From positions 3,400 through 67,399 of the forward strand of contig CALLUQ010000069.1 of the NCBI GenBank assembly GCA_938010565.1: DNA of 64,000 nucleotides. Reading direction: 5' to 3'. The notes beneath the pieces are model-generated. The model was not told where the DNA came from. It saw nothing but the letters and a program-made list of their open reading frames with translations, and did no database searches. The stretch's first letter is position 1; the number at the start of each line of letters is the position of its first letter. Made by a program: the position numbers and the translations under genes. Origin of the DNA: an uncultured Flavobacteriales bacterium (lineage in GTDB: Bacteria; Bacteroidota; Bacteroidia; Flavobacteriales_D; CALLUQ01). This document shows positions 20,355 to 30,335 of the stretch, one piece after another.

Positions 20355-23300
20355 TCACTTCCCGTGGCATTGTTTGTATTTTTTGCCGCTTCCGCATGGG
20401 CAAGGATCGTTCCGGCCTACCTTCTTGCCGATCCGGATGGGTTGTACCTTCTGTTGCCGCTGCGGAGGAGGGGCGGTAGCAACTCTGCCTCCCGTTGTTG
20501 CAGAATCATTTACCGGGTTGCGGTTGGTTTGTATGCGTTTTTGTTCTTCTTCTCTTTGGCGGCGTGTCCTTTCCAACTGACGCTGATCCGGTTGCGGCGT
20601 GTTCCCATCCTGATTTACAGGAATTTCAGCACGAAAAAGGAAAGAAATCGTATCCTGGCTGATTTTTTCGATCATTTCCCGGAAAAGCTTGAACGACTCA
20701 AACTTATAAATCAAAAGAGGGTCTTTTTGTTCGTATTGAGCCTGGCGTACATTGGTACGTAAATCGTCCATTTCACGCAAGTGCTCCTTCCATGCCTGAT
20801 CGATCAAACTCATGGAAATGCCCTTTTCCAGGTCATGGGTCAATGCTTTTCCTTCTGATTCATAGGCTTTTTTCAGGTCGGCTGTGATGTTCATTTGCCG
20901 GCGGCCATCTGAGAAAGGAATGCTGATGGTTTCATACTTGTTTCCTTCGTTTTCAACCACACTTTTAAGTACCGGCCATGCTTTTTCGGCAATGGCTTCG
21001 TTCTTGCGTTTGTAGCTTTTCAGAAGCGCATGATATAACGCATCTCCTATTTCGGAGGGGGTGCTTTTTTTGTATTCTTCTTCCGAAAGAGGGGGCTGCA
21101 TAGAAAGGTTCTTCAACACCTCCAAACGGAAGTCGGTGTAGTTGCCAAACTCTTTCGAATCTTCTGCAACGTTGTTACAGATGTCTTGGAACATGTTAGC
21201 GATATCCACCTCCAGCCGTTCCCCGTGTAAGGCATGGCGTCTTTTTTTATAGATCACTTCCCGCTGCATGTTCATTACATCATCGTATTCCAGCAGATGT
21301 TTTCGTATTCCGAAGTTGTTTTCTTCTACCTTCTTTTGGGCCCTTTCAATGGATTTGGTGATCATGGAATGTTGAATGACCTCCCCTTCTTTCAACCCAA
21401 GGCGATCCATCATTTTGGCAATCCGTTCCGAACCAAATAAACGCATCAAATTGTCTTCCAGCGAAACGAAAAACTGAGAAGAACCCGAGTCTCCCTGTCG
21501 GCCTGCACGACCCCGTAACTGGCGGTCAACCCGGCGGGAATCGTGACGTTCGGTACCAATAATGGCCAAACCACCAGCCGCTTTTACCCCTTCTCCGAGT
21601 TTAATATCGGTACCACGCCCTGCCATGTTGGTCGCAATGGTAACGGCACCGGCCACACCGGCAGAGGCCACAATTTCCGATTCTCGTTGGTGCATTTTTG
21701 CATTCAACACATTGTGTTCAACCCCTTTTTGTTTCAAAATACGGCTGAGGAGTTCGGAAACTTCTACCGAGGTTGTACCCACCAGCACAGGACGCCCGGC
21801 ATCGCGCAATGCAACAATCTCATCGATCACCGCATTGTATTTTTCACGAGTGGTTTTGTAAACCTTGTCTTGCTCATCTTTCCGGATCACGGGGCGGTTG
21901 GTGGGTACCATTACTACGTCTAGTTCGTAGATGTCCCAAAGTTCTTTTGCTTCGGTTTCCGCAGTACCGGTCATTCCGGCAAGTTTATGGTACATCCGGA
22001 AATAATTCTGCAATGTAATGGTGGCGTAAGTTTGTGTAGCCGCTTCAATTTTTACCTGCTCCTTGGCTTCAATGGCCTGATGCAAACCATCGGAATAGCG
22101 TCGGCCTTCCATGATCCGGCCGGTTTGCTCATCCACGATCTTAACCTTGCCTTCTATGACCACATATTCCACATCTTTTTCGAAGAGCGTATAGGCTTTC
22201 AGCAATTGGTTCATGGAGTGGATCCGTTCCGATTTGGCACCAAATTCACGCGAAAGGGCCTCTTTAGCGGCCAGTTTTTCTTCGTCGGTTTCGTTGGAAT
22301 TGTCGATCTCAACTATTTTTCCGCCGATATCGGGCATGATGTAAAAATCGGCTTCCGCAGCAGAACCGGAAATCAGGTCCACCCCTTTTTCGCCCAACTC
22401 AATGGAGTTGTTCTTTTCGTCGATAACGAAGTAAAGTTCGGCGTCCACCGTAGGCATTTCTTTCGCCTGGTCTTGCAGGTAATGGTTTTCCGTTTTTTGT
22501 AAATGTTGGCGTATGCCGGGTTCGCTCAGGAATTTAATAAGGGCTTTGTTTCGGGGAAGTCCGCGATGGGCTCGAAGCAGTGCCAGACCACCGGCAGTTA
22601 AACTTTCTTTATCTACAGAGCCATCATCAATCCCTTTGAGGTATTTTTTTGCATCGGTGAGCAAAGTGGTTACCAATTTACGCTGGGCACCGAACAGCTT
22701 TTCCACCTTGGGCTTTAGTTCACTGTATTCGTGTTGGTCGCCACGTGGAGTGGGGCCTGAAATGATCAGGGGGGTTCGCGCATCATCAATCAAAACGGAA
22801 TCCACCTCATCTACAATTGCATAGTGGTGTTTTTGTTGTACCAACTGCCCGGGGTTGGTGGCCATGTTGTCACGAAGGTAATCGAAGCCGAACTCGTTGT
22901 TGGTTCCGTAAATGATATCCTTTTTATAGGCGGCTCTTCGCTCGGAACTGTTGGGTTGGTGTTTATCAATGCAGTCCACGCTCAAACCGTGCCATTCCAT
23001 TATAGGTCCCATCCATTCGGAATCCCGCTTTGCGAGGTAATCGTTTACGGTTACAATATGTACCCCTTTACCGGCAAGGGCATTGAGGTAAATGGGCATG
23101 GTAGCCACCAGGGTTTTACCTTCACCCGTTTGCATTTCAGCCACTTTACCCTGGTGGAGTGTCATCCCGCCAATGATCTGAACATCGTAATGAAGCATGT
23201 CCCAATTGACTTCCGAACCTCCGGCAAGCCACTTGGTTTCCCATATGGCCATTTCTCCTTCAATTGAAATGCCGGATCGGGTAGCTGCCAGTTCGCGGTC

Positions 23301-23714
23301 AAATGCAGTAGCCCTTACCTCGATGGCTTCGTTTTCTTTAAACCGATGAGCAGTCTCTTTTATTACTGCAAAAGCTTCCGGAGCAATTTCAAGCAAAATG
23401 TCTTCCAGTTTGCCATCCATGCCTTTTTTCAACGCATCGACCTCTTTGTAGATGTTGTCTTTTTCCTCGAAAGATGTTTCCGGTTTTTCGGCGTGCTTTT
23501 CCAACTCGGCAACCTGGTCTTCGTCTTCCCGAAGGTGTTCGGCAATGCGTTGTTTTAAAGCAGTGGTGCGAGTACGCAACTCATCGTTGGAAAGGTTTTG
23601 AAGTTTTGCGTATGCCTCATTCGTTGCATCAACGATGGGCATCAGCTCTTTTAGATCTCTTTCCGACTTATCGCCGAAAACCTTTTTTAATATGTTTGTG
23701 ATGTTGCCAAGCAT
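20355..23714 (-). CDS. secA: Preprotein translocase SecA
   Basis: AEMQTGEGKT, IVDEVDS, ATNMAGRGTDI and C-terminal SEC-C motif RNDPCPCGSGKKYKQCH. Confidence 0.99.
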   Translation of the reverse strand: MLGNITNILKKVFGDKSERDLKELMPIVDATNEAYAKLQNLSNDELRTRTTALKQRIAEHLREDEDQVAELEKHAEKPETSFEEKDNIYKEVDALKKGMDGKLEDILLEIAPEAFAVIKETAHRFKENEAIEVRATAFDRELAATRSGISIEGEMAIWETKWLAGGSEVNWDMLHYDVQIIGGMTLHQGKVAEMQTGEGKTLVATMPIYLNALAGKGVHIVTVNDYLAKRDSEWMGPIMEWHGLSVDCIDKHQPNSSERRAAYKKDIIYGTNNEFGFDYLRDNMATNPGQLVQQKHHYAIVDEVDSVLIDDARTPLIISGPTPRGDQHEYSELKPKVEKLFGAQRKLVTTLLTDAKKYLKGIDDGSVDKESLTAGGLALLRAHRGLPRNKALIKFLSEPGIRQHLQKTENHYLQDQAKEMPTVDAELYFVIDEKNNSIELGEKGVDLISGSAAEADFYIMPDIGGKIVEIDNSNETDEEKLAAKEALSREFGAKSERIHSMNQLLKAYTLFEKDVEYVVIEGKVKIVDEQTGRIMEGRRYSDGLHQAIEAKEQVKIEAATQTYATITLQNYFRMYHKLAGMTGTAETEAKELWDIYELDVVMVPTNRPVIRKDEQDKVYKTTREKYNAVIDEIVALRDAGRPVLVGTTSVEVSELLSRILKQKGVEHNVLNAKMHQRESEIVASAGVAGAVTIATNMAGRGTDIKLGEGVKAAGGLAIIGTERHDSRRVDRQLRGRAGRQGDSGSSQFFVSLEDNLMRLFGSERIAKMMDRLGLKEGEVIQHSMITKSIERAQKKVEENNFGIRKHLLEYDDVMNMQREVIYKKRRHALHGERLEVDIANMFQDICNNVAEDSKEFGNYTDFRLEVLKNLSMQPPLSEEEYKKSTPSEIGDALYHALLKSYKRKNEAIAEKAWPVLKSVVENEGNKYETISIPFSDGRRQMNITADLKKAYESEGKALTHDLEKGISMSLIDQAWKEHLREMDDLRTNVRQAQYEQKDPLLIYKFESFKLFREMIEKISQDTISFLFRAEIPVNQDGNTPQPDQRQLERTRRQREEEQKRIQTNRNPVNDSATTGGRVATAPPPQRQQKVQPIRIGKKVGRNDPCPCGSGKKYKQCHGK

Positions 23715-23787
23715 AAGCTACTTCTGGTTTTTTACCGTTTCCGGTGGGGAATGCAAAAATAGGTTATTTCCTCGTAAGAGGATGTGT

Positions 23788-23828
23788 TTAAAAGAAAAAG
23801 GCTGCCTCACATGCGAGACAGCCTCTTC
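23788..23828 (-). terminator. Intrinsic terminator after the DUF2795 gene
   Basis: Minus strand AGGCTGTCTC-loop-GAGGCAGCCT followed by TTTTCTTTT. Confidence 0.7.
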
Positions 23829-23855
23829 TATATCTTTTCCGAAGGAAATATCATG

Positions 23856-24077
23856 TCAGTACTCGTCTTCATTAAAGAAGAAATCTTCCTTGGAAGGATA
23901 ATCCGGCCAAATGTCTTCAATGGTTTCATAGACATCGCCTTCATCTTCGATAGCCTGTAGGTTTTCAACAACCTCAAGTGGGGCACCGGTACGCATGGCA
24001 AAATCAATCAATTCATCCTTGCTTGCCGGCCAAGGGGCATCTTCCAGATAGGAAGCCAATTCCAAGGTCCAATACAT
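23856..24077 (-). CDS. DUF2795 family small conserved protein
   Basis: MYWTLELASYLEDAPWPA.KDELIDFA.RTGAPLEVVENL; typical neighbour of secA. Confidence 0.9.
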   Translation of the reverse strand: MYWTLELASYLEDAPWPASKDELIDFAMRTGAPLEVVENLQAIEDEGDVYETIEDIWPDYPSKEDFFFNEDEY

Positions 24078-24204
24078 AGTCCAGCAATTTTATTCTTACT
24101 GTAGTTTAAAACGCAAAAGTAACTGATTTGTTTACAAAAACAACTAATTTTTTTGTATTCGGAAATTTTTACACAAAACGCTTATTATTAGCTGGTTATG
24201 ACGA

Positions 24205-24753
24205 CTACATTCTGGGCTTCCACAAAATTTCTTCCGTTTCAAGCACTTGTGCAAGGGCTCTGGCAAGCACAAACAGGTAATCCGAAAGGCGGTTCAGATA
24301 GCGAATGGCGATTTCGGGAGTGGGAGAATGGTCTGAAAGTTGAATGGTTGCTCTTTCTGCTCTGCGGCAAACACAACGTGCAATGTGTGCATAACTGACC
24401 ACGGGATGGCCACCGGGCAACACGAAAGAACGCATCTCAGGAAGGGTTGCATCCATACGGTCAATTTCTTCTTCGAGATAAAAGATGTCTGCATCCAGAA
24501 TGGGAGGCAATTTCATCCGGCTTTTTTCCGGGTCGGCCGCCAACTGACTGCCCAGCGTAAACAAACGGTCTTGTATTTCGATGAGCGTTTTTTTGATCCC
24601 TTCGTCAGGTGCATGATCACGCAACAAACCCATCCATGAGTTCACTTCATCTACAGTGCCATAGGCTTCTATTCGAATGTCGTATTTAGGAACACGTGTT
24701 CCGCCAATCAACGAAGTTTTTCCTTTGTCGCCTCCACGGGTGTATACTTTCAT
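24205..24753 (-). CDS. ATP:cob(I)alamin adenosyltransferase (PduO type)
   Basis: KVYTRGGDKGKT, EAYGTVDE.NS, ARCVCRRAER and YLNRLSDYLF motifs. Confidence 0.95.
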   Translation of the reverse strand: MKVYTRGGDKGKTSLIGGTRVPKYDIRIEAYGTVDEVNSWMGLLRDHAPDEGIKKTLIEIQDRLFTLGSQLAADPEKSRMKLPPILDADIFYLEEEIDRMDATLPEMRSFVLPGGHPVVSYAHIARCVCRRAERATIQLSDHSPTPEIAIRYLNRLSDYLFVLARALAQVLETEEILWKPRM

Positions 24754-24808
24754 AAGCTGTTAAAATAGGAATGGAAAAGTAAGGGTCTTTTTTGAGAAAA
24801 ACAGGGTC

Positions 24809-25510
24809 TTATTCCGTTTTAATATCGGGATTTCTTTCGTCGCTTTCGATCTTGCCATCGCGTAAGCGGATGATCCGATGGGCATATCGGGCAATGTGCT
24901 CTTCGTGGGTAACCAAAATAATGGTATTGCCGGATTGGTGAATGTTGGAAAACAAGGCCATAATGTTCTGAGAGGTATGGCTATCGAGATTACCCGTTGG
25001 TTCATCGGCCAGGATGATGGAAGGAGAGTTGACCAATGCACGGGCCACAGCTACCCTTTGTCGCTGCCCGCCTGATAGTTCATTGGGTTTGTGTTCCATG
25101 CGATTTTCCAGGCTGACCTGAGCAAGTACCTCTTTGCCCCGGCGGTCACGCGTTGCTTTGTTCACTCCTGCATACACCATCGGCAGAGATACATTTTCCA
25201 GTGCAGAATAGCGCGGAAGTAAGTTAAACGTTTGAAAAACAAAACCAATTTCACGGTTGCGGATCTCGGCCAGTTTACGATCGGTCATCACACCGACATT
25301 CTGCCCGCCAATATGATATAATCCTTTCGAGGGGGTATCCAGGCAACCAAGAATGTTCATCAATGTGGACTTTCCACTGCCGGAGGGGCCCATCAATGCA
25401 ACGTATTCGTTTTTGCGAATATGGAGTGACACACCGTCGAGTGCCCGCACCTCTACGTTTCCAACGTGGTATATTTTGCTGATGTTTTCGATTTTAATGA
25501 CAGGATCCAT
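24809..25510 (-). CDS. ABC transporter ATP-binding protein (LolD/MacB-like)
   Basis: [28 protein letters not shown] and VTHE motifs. Confidence 0.95.
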   Translation of the reverse strand: MDPVIKIENISKIYHVGNVEVRALDGVSLHIRKNEYVALMGPSGSGKSTLMNILGCLDTPSKGLYHIGGQNVGVMTDRKLAEIRNREIGFVFQTFNLLPRYSALENVSLPMVYAGVNKATRDRRGKEVLAQVSLENRMEHKPNELSGGQRQRVAVARALVNSPSIILADEPTGNLDSHTSQNIMALFSNIHQSGNTIILVTHEEHIARYAHRIIRLRDGKIESDERNPDIKTE

Positions 25511-25560
25511 ACGGATATAAAGTTAATTGCTTCACGAAATAAAAAGGGGTAATTTGTCGG

Positions 25561-25867
25561 GGCTCGTTTGGCTTGTTCCCGTATCGGAAAAGTGGAGTAA
25601 TAGTCGGTTCGGTCTTTGAAAAAATGGTGTTTCGTTTTCTGCCGTTCAACGATAAATTTTCCTCCTTGTTCGTTGGTGCAGTAGAAATCAAAAATTGCTT
25701 GATGGTCATTATTTGAGGTAAGTCAGTTCTGTAATGTTTCCTTACTCTTCTTTGAGCAATTCATTTAGAAAGTCTCGCAACAGATCTTTGTTGGGTTCTT
25801 CTCCAAAGAGTTTCTTAAATCCAAAATCGGTGAAAGGGTAGACATACTTTTCAACAAATTCTGCCAT
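25561..25867 (-). pseudogene. Rpn-family PD-(D/E)XK nuclease ('putative transposase') pseudogene
   Basis: Minus strand MAEFVEKYVYPFTDFGFKKLFGEEPNKDLLRDFLNELLKEE*GNITELTYLK*, then AIFDFYCTNEQGGKFIVERQKTKHHFFKDRTDYYSTFPIREQAKRA; stops, deletion and 3' truncation. Confidence 0.88.
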
Positions 25868-25914
25868 TCGTTTTTTTTGATAAAGGTACAAAATCCAAAA
25901 CCGGGGGTCAAAGT

Positions 25915-26091
25915 GTGTGCCTTACAGTCACACATATCCCGGCTACTAAAGATAGCCAAACAAGAAGCCTGATGGATGCAAGTTCCACCGGAAAAGGTGG
26001 TCAGGATCCCGTATTAAGTGGCAAGGGCAATGGAGGCGGAGAGTTTAATCCGAAGGAAGCAGGAGTGCAAACTCCGATTCTGACGAACAGG
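25915..26091 (+). mobile_element. Probable group II intron 5' (domain I) remnant
   Basis: Starts GTGTG (GUGYG consensus); GGATGCAAGTTCC, GGCAAGGGC, AATCCGAAGGAAGC, GGAGT-GCAA-ACTCC GNRA hairpin and TTCTGACGAACAG resemble domain I motifs as I recall them; no RT or domain V seen. Confidence 0.55.
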
Positions 26092-26410
26092 GTGTTAGAT
26101 TACTGCCGCGGCATAAAAATAAACCGGCCAAAAACCAAAACAAACCATCTTGATCCGCGTTTTAAAACAGGGATATTTTTACCAAAAAAACACGAAATTC
26201 ACCGATAAAGTACCTTAAAATCGCAACACCACAAAAACTCCCCAAACAACCCCGAGGAAGAATGAAGCTGCTTTTTCAGCAGCCTCCGGATAAAAGCATT
26301 AAACCCCATAACTCGTTACAAGTATCCACGCAAGCCCCGGGCAATTTATGATGAACGGAGGCATGCATAAGAAAAAGGAAGTGCAACGACAAGAATGGCT
26401 ATTTTACTCA

Positions 26411-27193
26411 CTATTTGATCCGAAGCCGGAAATGCTCAACGGCCTGTTCTGCTCTGAAAAAGACCAATCCAAATTGCCAGACATCGATCGTCTGGCGAAC
26501 TTTTTTGTGCGCTTTTATTTGTTTCCAAGCTTGTTCCATGCCAGGCGACCAGTGAATATCGTCGAAAACAAAAACCGTTTCGTTGTGTGCTTTTCCGATG
26601 CATGCATGGAAATAGTTCAGGGTTGCTTCTTCTTGGTGATGGCCGTCAAAATACACAAAATCGATCTGCTCCAGGTTGTGCAGCACCAAAGGCAATGTTG
26701 CTTGAAAATTACCTTCGCTTGTCCGAATGTTGGAGGCTTTATATTCGGCAAAAACTTCCCGGGCAATGGCAAGGGTTTGCGGACAACCTTCCAATGTATA
26801 TACCAGTGTGTTTTTTGAAGGAGCAGCAAGGTAAAGGGAAGTAATGCCCAGTGAAGTACCCAATTCGATAATGGAGCGGGGTTTTAGTTTATGCACCAAC
26901 CGGAAAAGCAACTGGCCGGCTTCGGGCGGCTGAACCGCAACGGAAGCAATCTTTCCTACCTTTCTTTTGTTGGATTTAAAAATACGGGAACCCGCACCAT
27001 AGTCTGTTACTTCCAGCATGCGCTCATCCTCCAGAAGCCGTTGTCGTATTTTTTCAATTTTATCCCAGGCATAATAGGGGTAGGAATCAGGCAAAATCTC
27101 TGAAACCAAATCGTATACAAAAGGGCTGTGAACCCTGTGGCGTGTTTTCGATTGCAAGCGATATTTCAGGTAGCTCAAAACTTGCCGCACCAC
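26411..27193 (-). CDS. Class I SAM-dependent methyltransferase
   Basis: HSPFVY, IELGTSLGIT.LY, YFDGHH and VFDDIHWS motifs. Confidence 0.9.
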   Translation of the reverse strand: MVRQVLSYLKYRLQSKTRHRVHSPFVYDLVSEILPDSYPYYAWDKIEKIRQRLLEDERMLEVTDYGAGSRIFKSNKRKVGKIASVAVQPPEAGQLLFRLVHKLKPRSIIELGTSLGITSLYLAAPSKNTLVYTLEGCPQTLAIAREVFAEYKASNIRTSEGNFQATLPLVLHNLEQIDFVYFDGHHQEEATLNYFHACIGKAHNETVFVFDDIHWSPGMEQAWKQIKAHKKVRQTIDVWQFGLVFFRAEQAVEHFRLRIK

Positions 27194-27265
27194 AAAAGCA
27201 GTAAAATTTCCAGTGTAAAGATAAGCGGAATCGGCGGGTTGTTACGTGAAAGGCAAAATTCTATC

Positions 27266-27346
27266 GGCGGCAAATGCATCTAAATTTTGAGTAGCCTTCC
27301 AATACGGATGATCCCATTCCGCTTTTTTCGTTTGGATTTTACACGC
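27266..27346 (-). mobile_element. ISAs1 right-end remnant (copy 2)
   Basis: GGCAAATGCATCTAAATTTTGAGTAG...TTTTTTCGTTTGGAT matches 11423-11494; minus strand reads KSKRKK. Confidence 0.75.
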
Positions 27347-27351
27347 ATTTT

Positions 27352-27585
27352 CTAAGTACATGACAAAAAATAAATGCGTTGACTTTCAGAAAATAAAGCA
27401 TGAAAAAATTAGACTGAGTTGTTGACTTTCAGCATCGTGTAAAAATAAATATAATCTATTTTTCTAATGGAGACAACCTTCACATCTTAATGCCCGGCAT
27501 TGTGTACAAAGGGGTGGCTTTTCCCCTGCTCTTTACCATGCTCCCCAGGAGAGGGAACTCCAACACCTAAAAGCGGATAAAACCT
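27352..27585 (+). mobile_element. IS4-family remnant: terminal repeat plus internal transposase fragment
   Basis: CTAAGTACATGACAAAAA (its reverse complement reads FLSCT*, an IS4 transposase end I recall from Bacteroidota); 27475-27582 reads NLHILMPGIVYKGVAFPLLFTMLPRRGNSNT*KRIK. Confidence 0.7.
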
Positions 27586-27774
27586 CAATTATCCATATCA
27601 ATACTTTTTCGCACCATTAATCAATAGGCGATCTCACCCAGCAAAACAACGGCGAGTAAAAAAAGGTGCTTTTTTACAGATAACCGCAAACGGTTTGTTA
27701 CAGGTTCGGTTAAGATCTGCCTTTTTCAACCTATATTTGAGTACACAGGTTGCATCTATCCGGACAATGGTATT

Positions 27775-28722
27775 TTGAAAAAAAAGCTGGCTATATCCCT
27801 CCTTGTTATTCTGATCTGTACTACAGGTTGGGAGTGGATGGTAAACAAAGCGTTGCGCAACAGCCCTTTTGGCGAATTCAGAAAACTCACCCGTCTTTTT
27901 GAAGAACCTTTGGATGCTTCGGTTCTGATCCTGGGTTCTTCCCGCGCCGAATTGAATTTTAATCCGGAATGGCTGGCAACCGGAACGGGAAACAAAGTAT
28001 ACAATGGTGGCCTGACAGGAGCCAATCTTGTAGTCAGTAAAGCCATCCTGGCCCAAAGGCTGGCTCTGAACCACCCCATTCAAACCCTCATTCTCAATGT
28101 CGATCATTTCCTTTGGAGCAATGCCACGGTAGACCACCTCACAGATGGCTACCGTTATCTTCCTTATTTGAGGCATAGCCCCGTTTACACCCACCTTGCT
28201 GCCGGTTATCCTGAACTGCACGTGGCCCGATGGTTTGCACCTTATGCCGTTACCTGGATGGGCGACCGACAACTTTATCAGGCGTGGCGGGGCCATCGGA
28301 ACCGCCCTGTTAAAGTCGATGAAGAATGGAGCATTTCCACGGGCTTCCGGGTCATTCCACACCTGTTGGGCGATAACATGTTTGAAACAAAGGTAATGCC
28401 TGTTCCCGGCTGGGTTTCGATGTCGGAAGTTCAGGCATTGCACGATATTTATACCCTTTGTCAGGAAAACGGCATTCGGGTGTATACGGTTCTTTCTCCG
28501 GTTTACCGGGGCAAACTGGAACCTTTAAACCTCGACAGCGCCTGGAAGATTATGATGGAAACTGCTGTTCATTTTCAATCCCCGGTAATGGATTACTCCC
28601 ATTGGGAACACAATGGGAACAAGGACCTTTTTTATGACGACATCCACCTGAACCCCGATGGAGCCCGTTTGTTCAATGCCCAATTCAGTTCCGATTTTCG
28701 GTCGCTTACGGGAACGGAATGA
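27775..28722 (+). CDS. Membrane-anchored SGNH-like (DltD/AlgJ-like) protein
   Basis: N-terminal TM; ILGSSRA and FYDDIHLN..GA (DxxH) motifs. Confidence 0.65.
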   Translation: MKKKLAISLLVILICTTGWEWMVNKALRNSPFGEFRKLTRLFEEPLDASVLILGSSRAELNFNPEWLATGTGNKVYNGGLTGANLVVSKAILAQRLALNHPIQTLILNVDHFLWSNATVDHLTDGYRYLPYLRHSPVYTHLAAGYPELHVARWFAPYAVTWMGDRQLYQAWRGHRNRPVKVDEEWSISTGFRVIPHLLGDNMFETKVMPVPGWVSMSEVQALHDIYTLCQENGIRVYTVLSPVYRGKLEPLNLDSAWKIMMETAVHFQSPVMDYSHWEHNGNKDLFYDDIHLNPDGARLFNAQFSSDFRSLTGTE

Positions 28723-28727
28723 AGGGT

Positions 28728-30308
28728 TTACTCCAACCGATAGAATGCCCCGCCGGAGTAGATGAAAAGGGGTTTCCGAAGGAATTCCGGTTCAGAGCTG
28801 TCTAGTGTAATCCGGTTGTTTTCGTGTACTGTGTAAAGATACAAAGGGGAAACCTTGTTCCATTTTACAATGGACTGCGGGTTGGCGAGCCTGAAATGTA
28901 TCTTTTTGCGGGTCATCTTCCATGTTACTCCATGCTCTGCCTCACACAACGCTTGCCGGAACAATGGGGTGATCTGGCCCTTTTTTAATCCGGCACGTAA
29001 ACATACCGCTTCCGTAAGCCCATTGCGAAACAAGTAAGCTCCGCAGTAATTGTCGGGTTGGTTAAAGAGGTGTATGTCAAAGCCTTCTTCCAGCTGAGGG
29101 GCCAGGTGAGCGATGGCATTTTCACTGATATCATGAGAAATGGCCCAGTTTTGATTGATTTGAAAGGTAAGCATACCGAACAACACCAACACGGGTGTTG
29201 CCACCCATTTAACGTGTTTCCCGGCCAGTAACCAGATGATCCAGACCATTGCAACGGATGCAAACAACAAAGGGAAATAACTGTACCGGTCTGATTGTAT
29301 ACTCCCCATCGATGTCATTTCGAGCGGCAGTACCGGCAACAATGCTATTGCGGTAATTCCTATCCAAACGGCTCCTGAACGCCTATTAAAGCGCTGGTAA
29401 ACGGGCAGTTGCAACGCCATTTTTTGTGCTACAACAACATACACAGCAATCGCCAGCAAAAGTATGGACACCAGAATGGCTGCAGCTTTCGGCCCGGTTG
29501 CATCCATTAAAAAGCGAGCCATCACAAAAAATTTAGCCATATACGCTGCGGCATGGGTGGCCCATACATTAATATCGGGATGGAAGTGAACGGTTGCTCC
29601 ATACCCTCCTATCCATTCGCCTAACGTAAAAAAACGAGCCCAGATGTAGATCCCAACAGGAAAAACCCAGAGCAAGTGTATTTTTCGGGTTACCGGAGAA
29701 AACCGGCGATTGCGCAACATTTCCATTCCCAGGATAATCAGCGGAAGCGTTAGCGCCATTTCTTTGCAGAACATGGCCAACATCCCAAAAAGAAAAACCG
29801 GGATCAGATGTTTGTTCGCCTTTGAACGGATGTATTTTTCCCACTCTATCAAAGCGAGCAAACTGAAAAGGGTACACCACAAATAAGCCCTCGAAGCCAA
29901 CCATACCACTCCTTCGGTCTGGTAAGGGTTGAGCAGAAAAAAGGCCCCGCTGATGGCTGCTATTTCAAATACTTGTTTTGGTTTTACCGGGGTATGTTGC
30001 AAAAAACGTTTCAGGAAAACGAAGAGAAGAAAAGCATTCAGCACGTGTATACCGTATTGCACCAAACGAAAACCGACAGCATGATCGCCAAATATTTTGA
30101 ATTGGAAAAAGGCAATGGTGTGTGTGAGCGGTAAATAGAAATAATCGTGAAAATTGGAGCTGAAAATTTGCCAGTTTTCCGTATGGCATTGCCAGATAAA
30201 ACGAAAACCATCGGACAAAAAGCCAATCCGGAAAGTTTGCAGGTATACCAGCGTAAATAAAACCAGGTAAGCCAGAACGGTATAAAGCGACATTCGTCGT
30301 TGAAGCAT
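28728..30308 (-). CDS. Polytopic membrane protein, putative GT-C glycosyltransferase
   Basis: GFLSDG, H.LNAFLL, P.QTEGVVWLASR, AMFCKEMALTLP and DRYSYFP motifs; many TM helices. Confidence 0.7.
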   Translation of the reverse strand: MLQRRMSLYTVLAYLVLFTLVYLQTFRIGFLSDGFRFIWQCHTENWQIFSSNFHDYFYLPLTHTIAFFQFKIFGDHAVGFRLVQYGIHVLNAFLLFVFLKRFLQHTPVKPKQVFEIAAISGAFFLLNPYQTEGVVWLASRAYLWCTLFSLLALIEWEKYIRSKANKHLIPVFLFGMLAMFCKEMALTLPLIILGMEMLRNRRFSPVTRKIHLLWVFPVGIYIWARFFTLGEWIGGYGATVHFHPDINVWATHAAAYMAKFFVMARFLMDATGPKAAAILVSILLLAIAVYVVVAQKMALQLPVYQRFNRRSGAVWIGITAIALLPVLPLEMTSMGSIQSDRYSYFPLLFASVAMVWIIWLLAGKHVKWVATPVLVLFGMLTFQINQNWAISHDISENAIAHLAPQLEEGFDIHLFNQPDNYCGAYLFRNGLTEAVCLRAGLKKGQITPLFRQALCEAEHGVTWKMTRKKIHFRLANPQSIVKWNKVSPLYLYTVHENNRITLDSSEPEFLRKPLFIYSGGAFYRLE

Positions 30309-30335
30309 GGATGAAAAATAGGGATTTTCGGGCGG

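Noticed and set aside
25915..26208. 97-aa ORF
   Set aside because: No protein motifs; it overlaps the intron-like structured RNA, and its GTG start coincides with the GTGTG motif.
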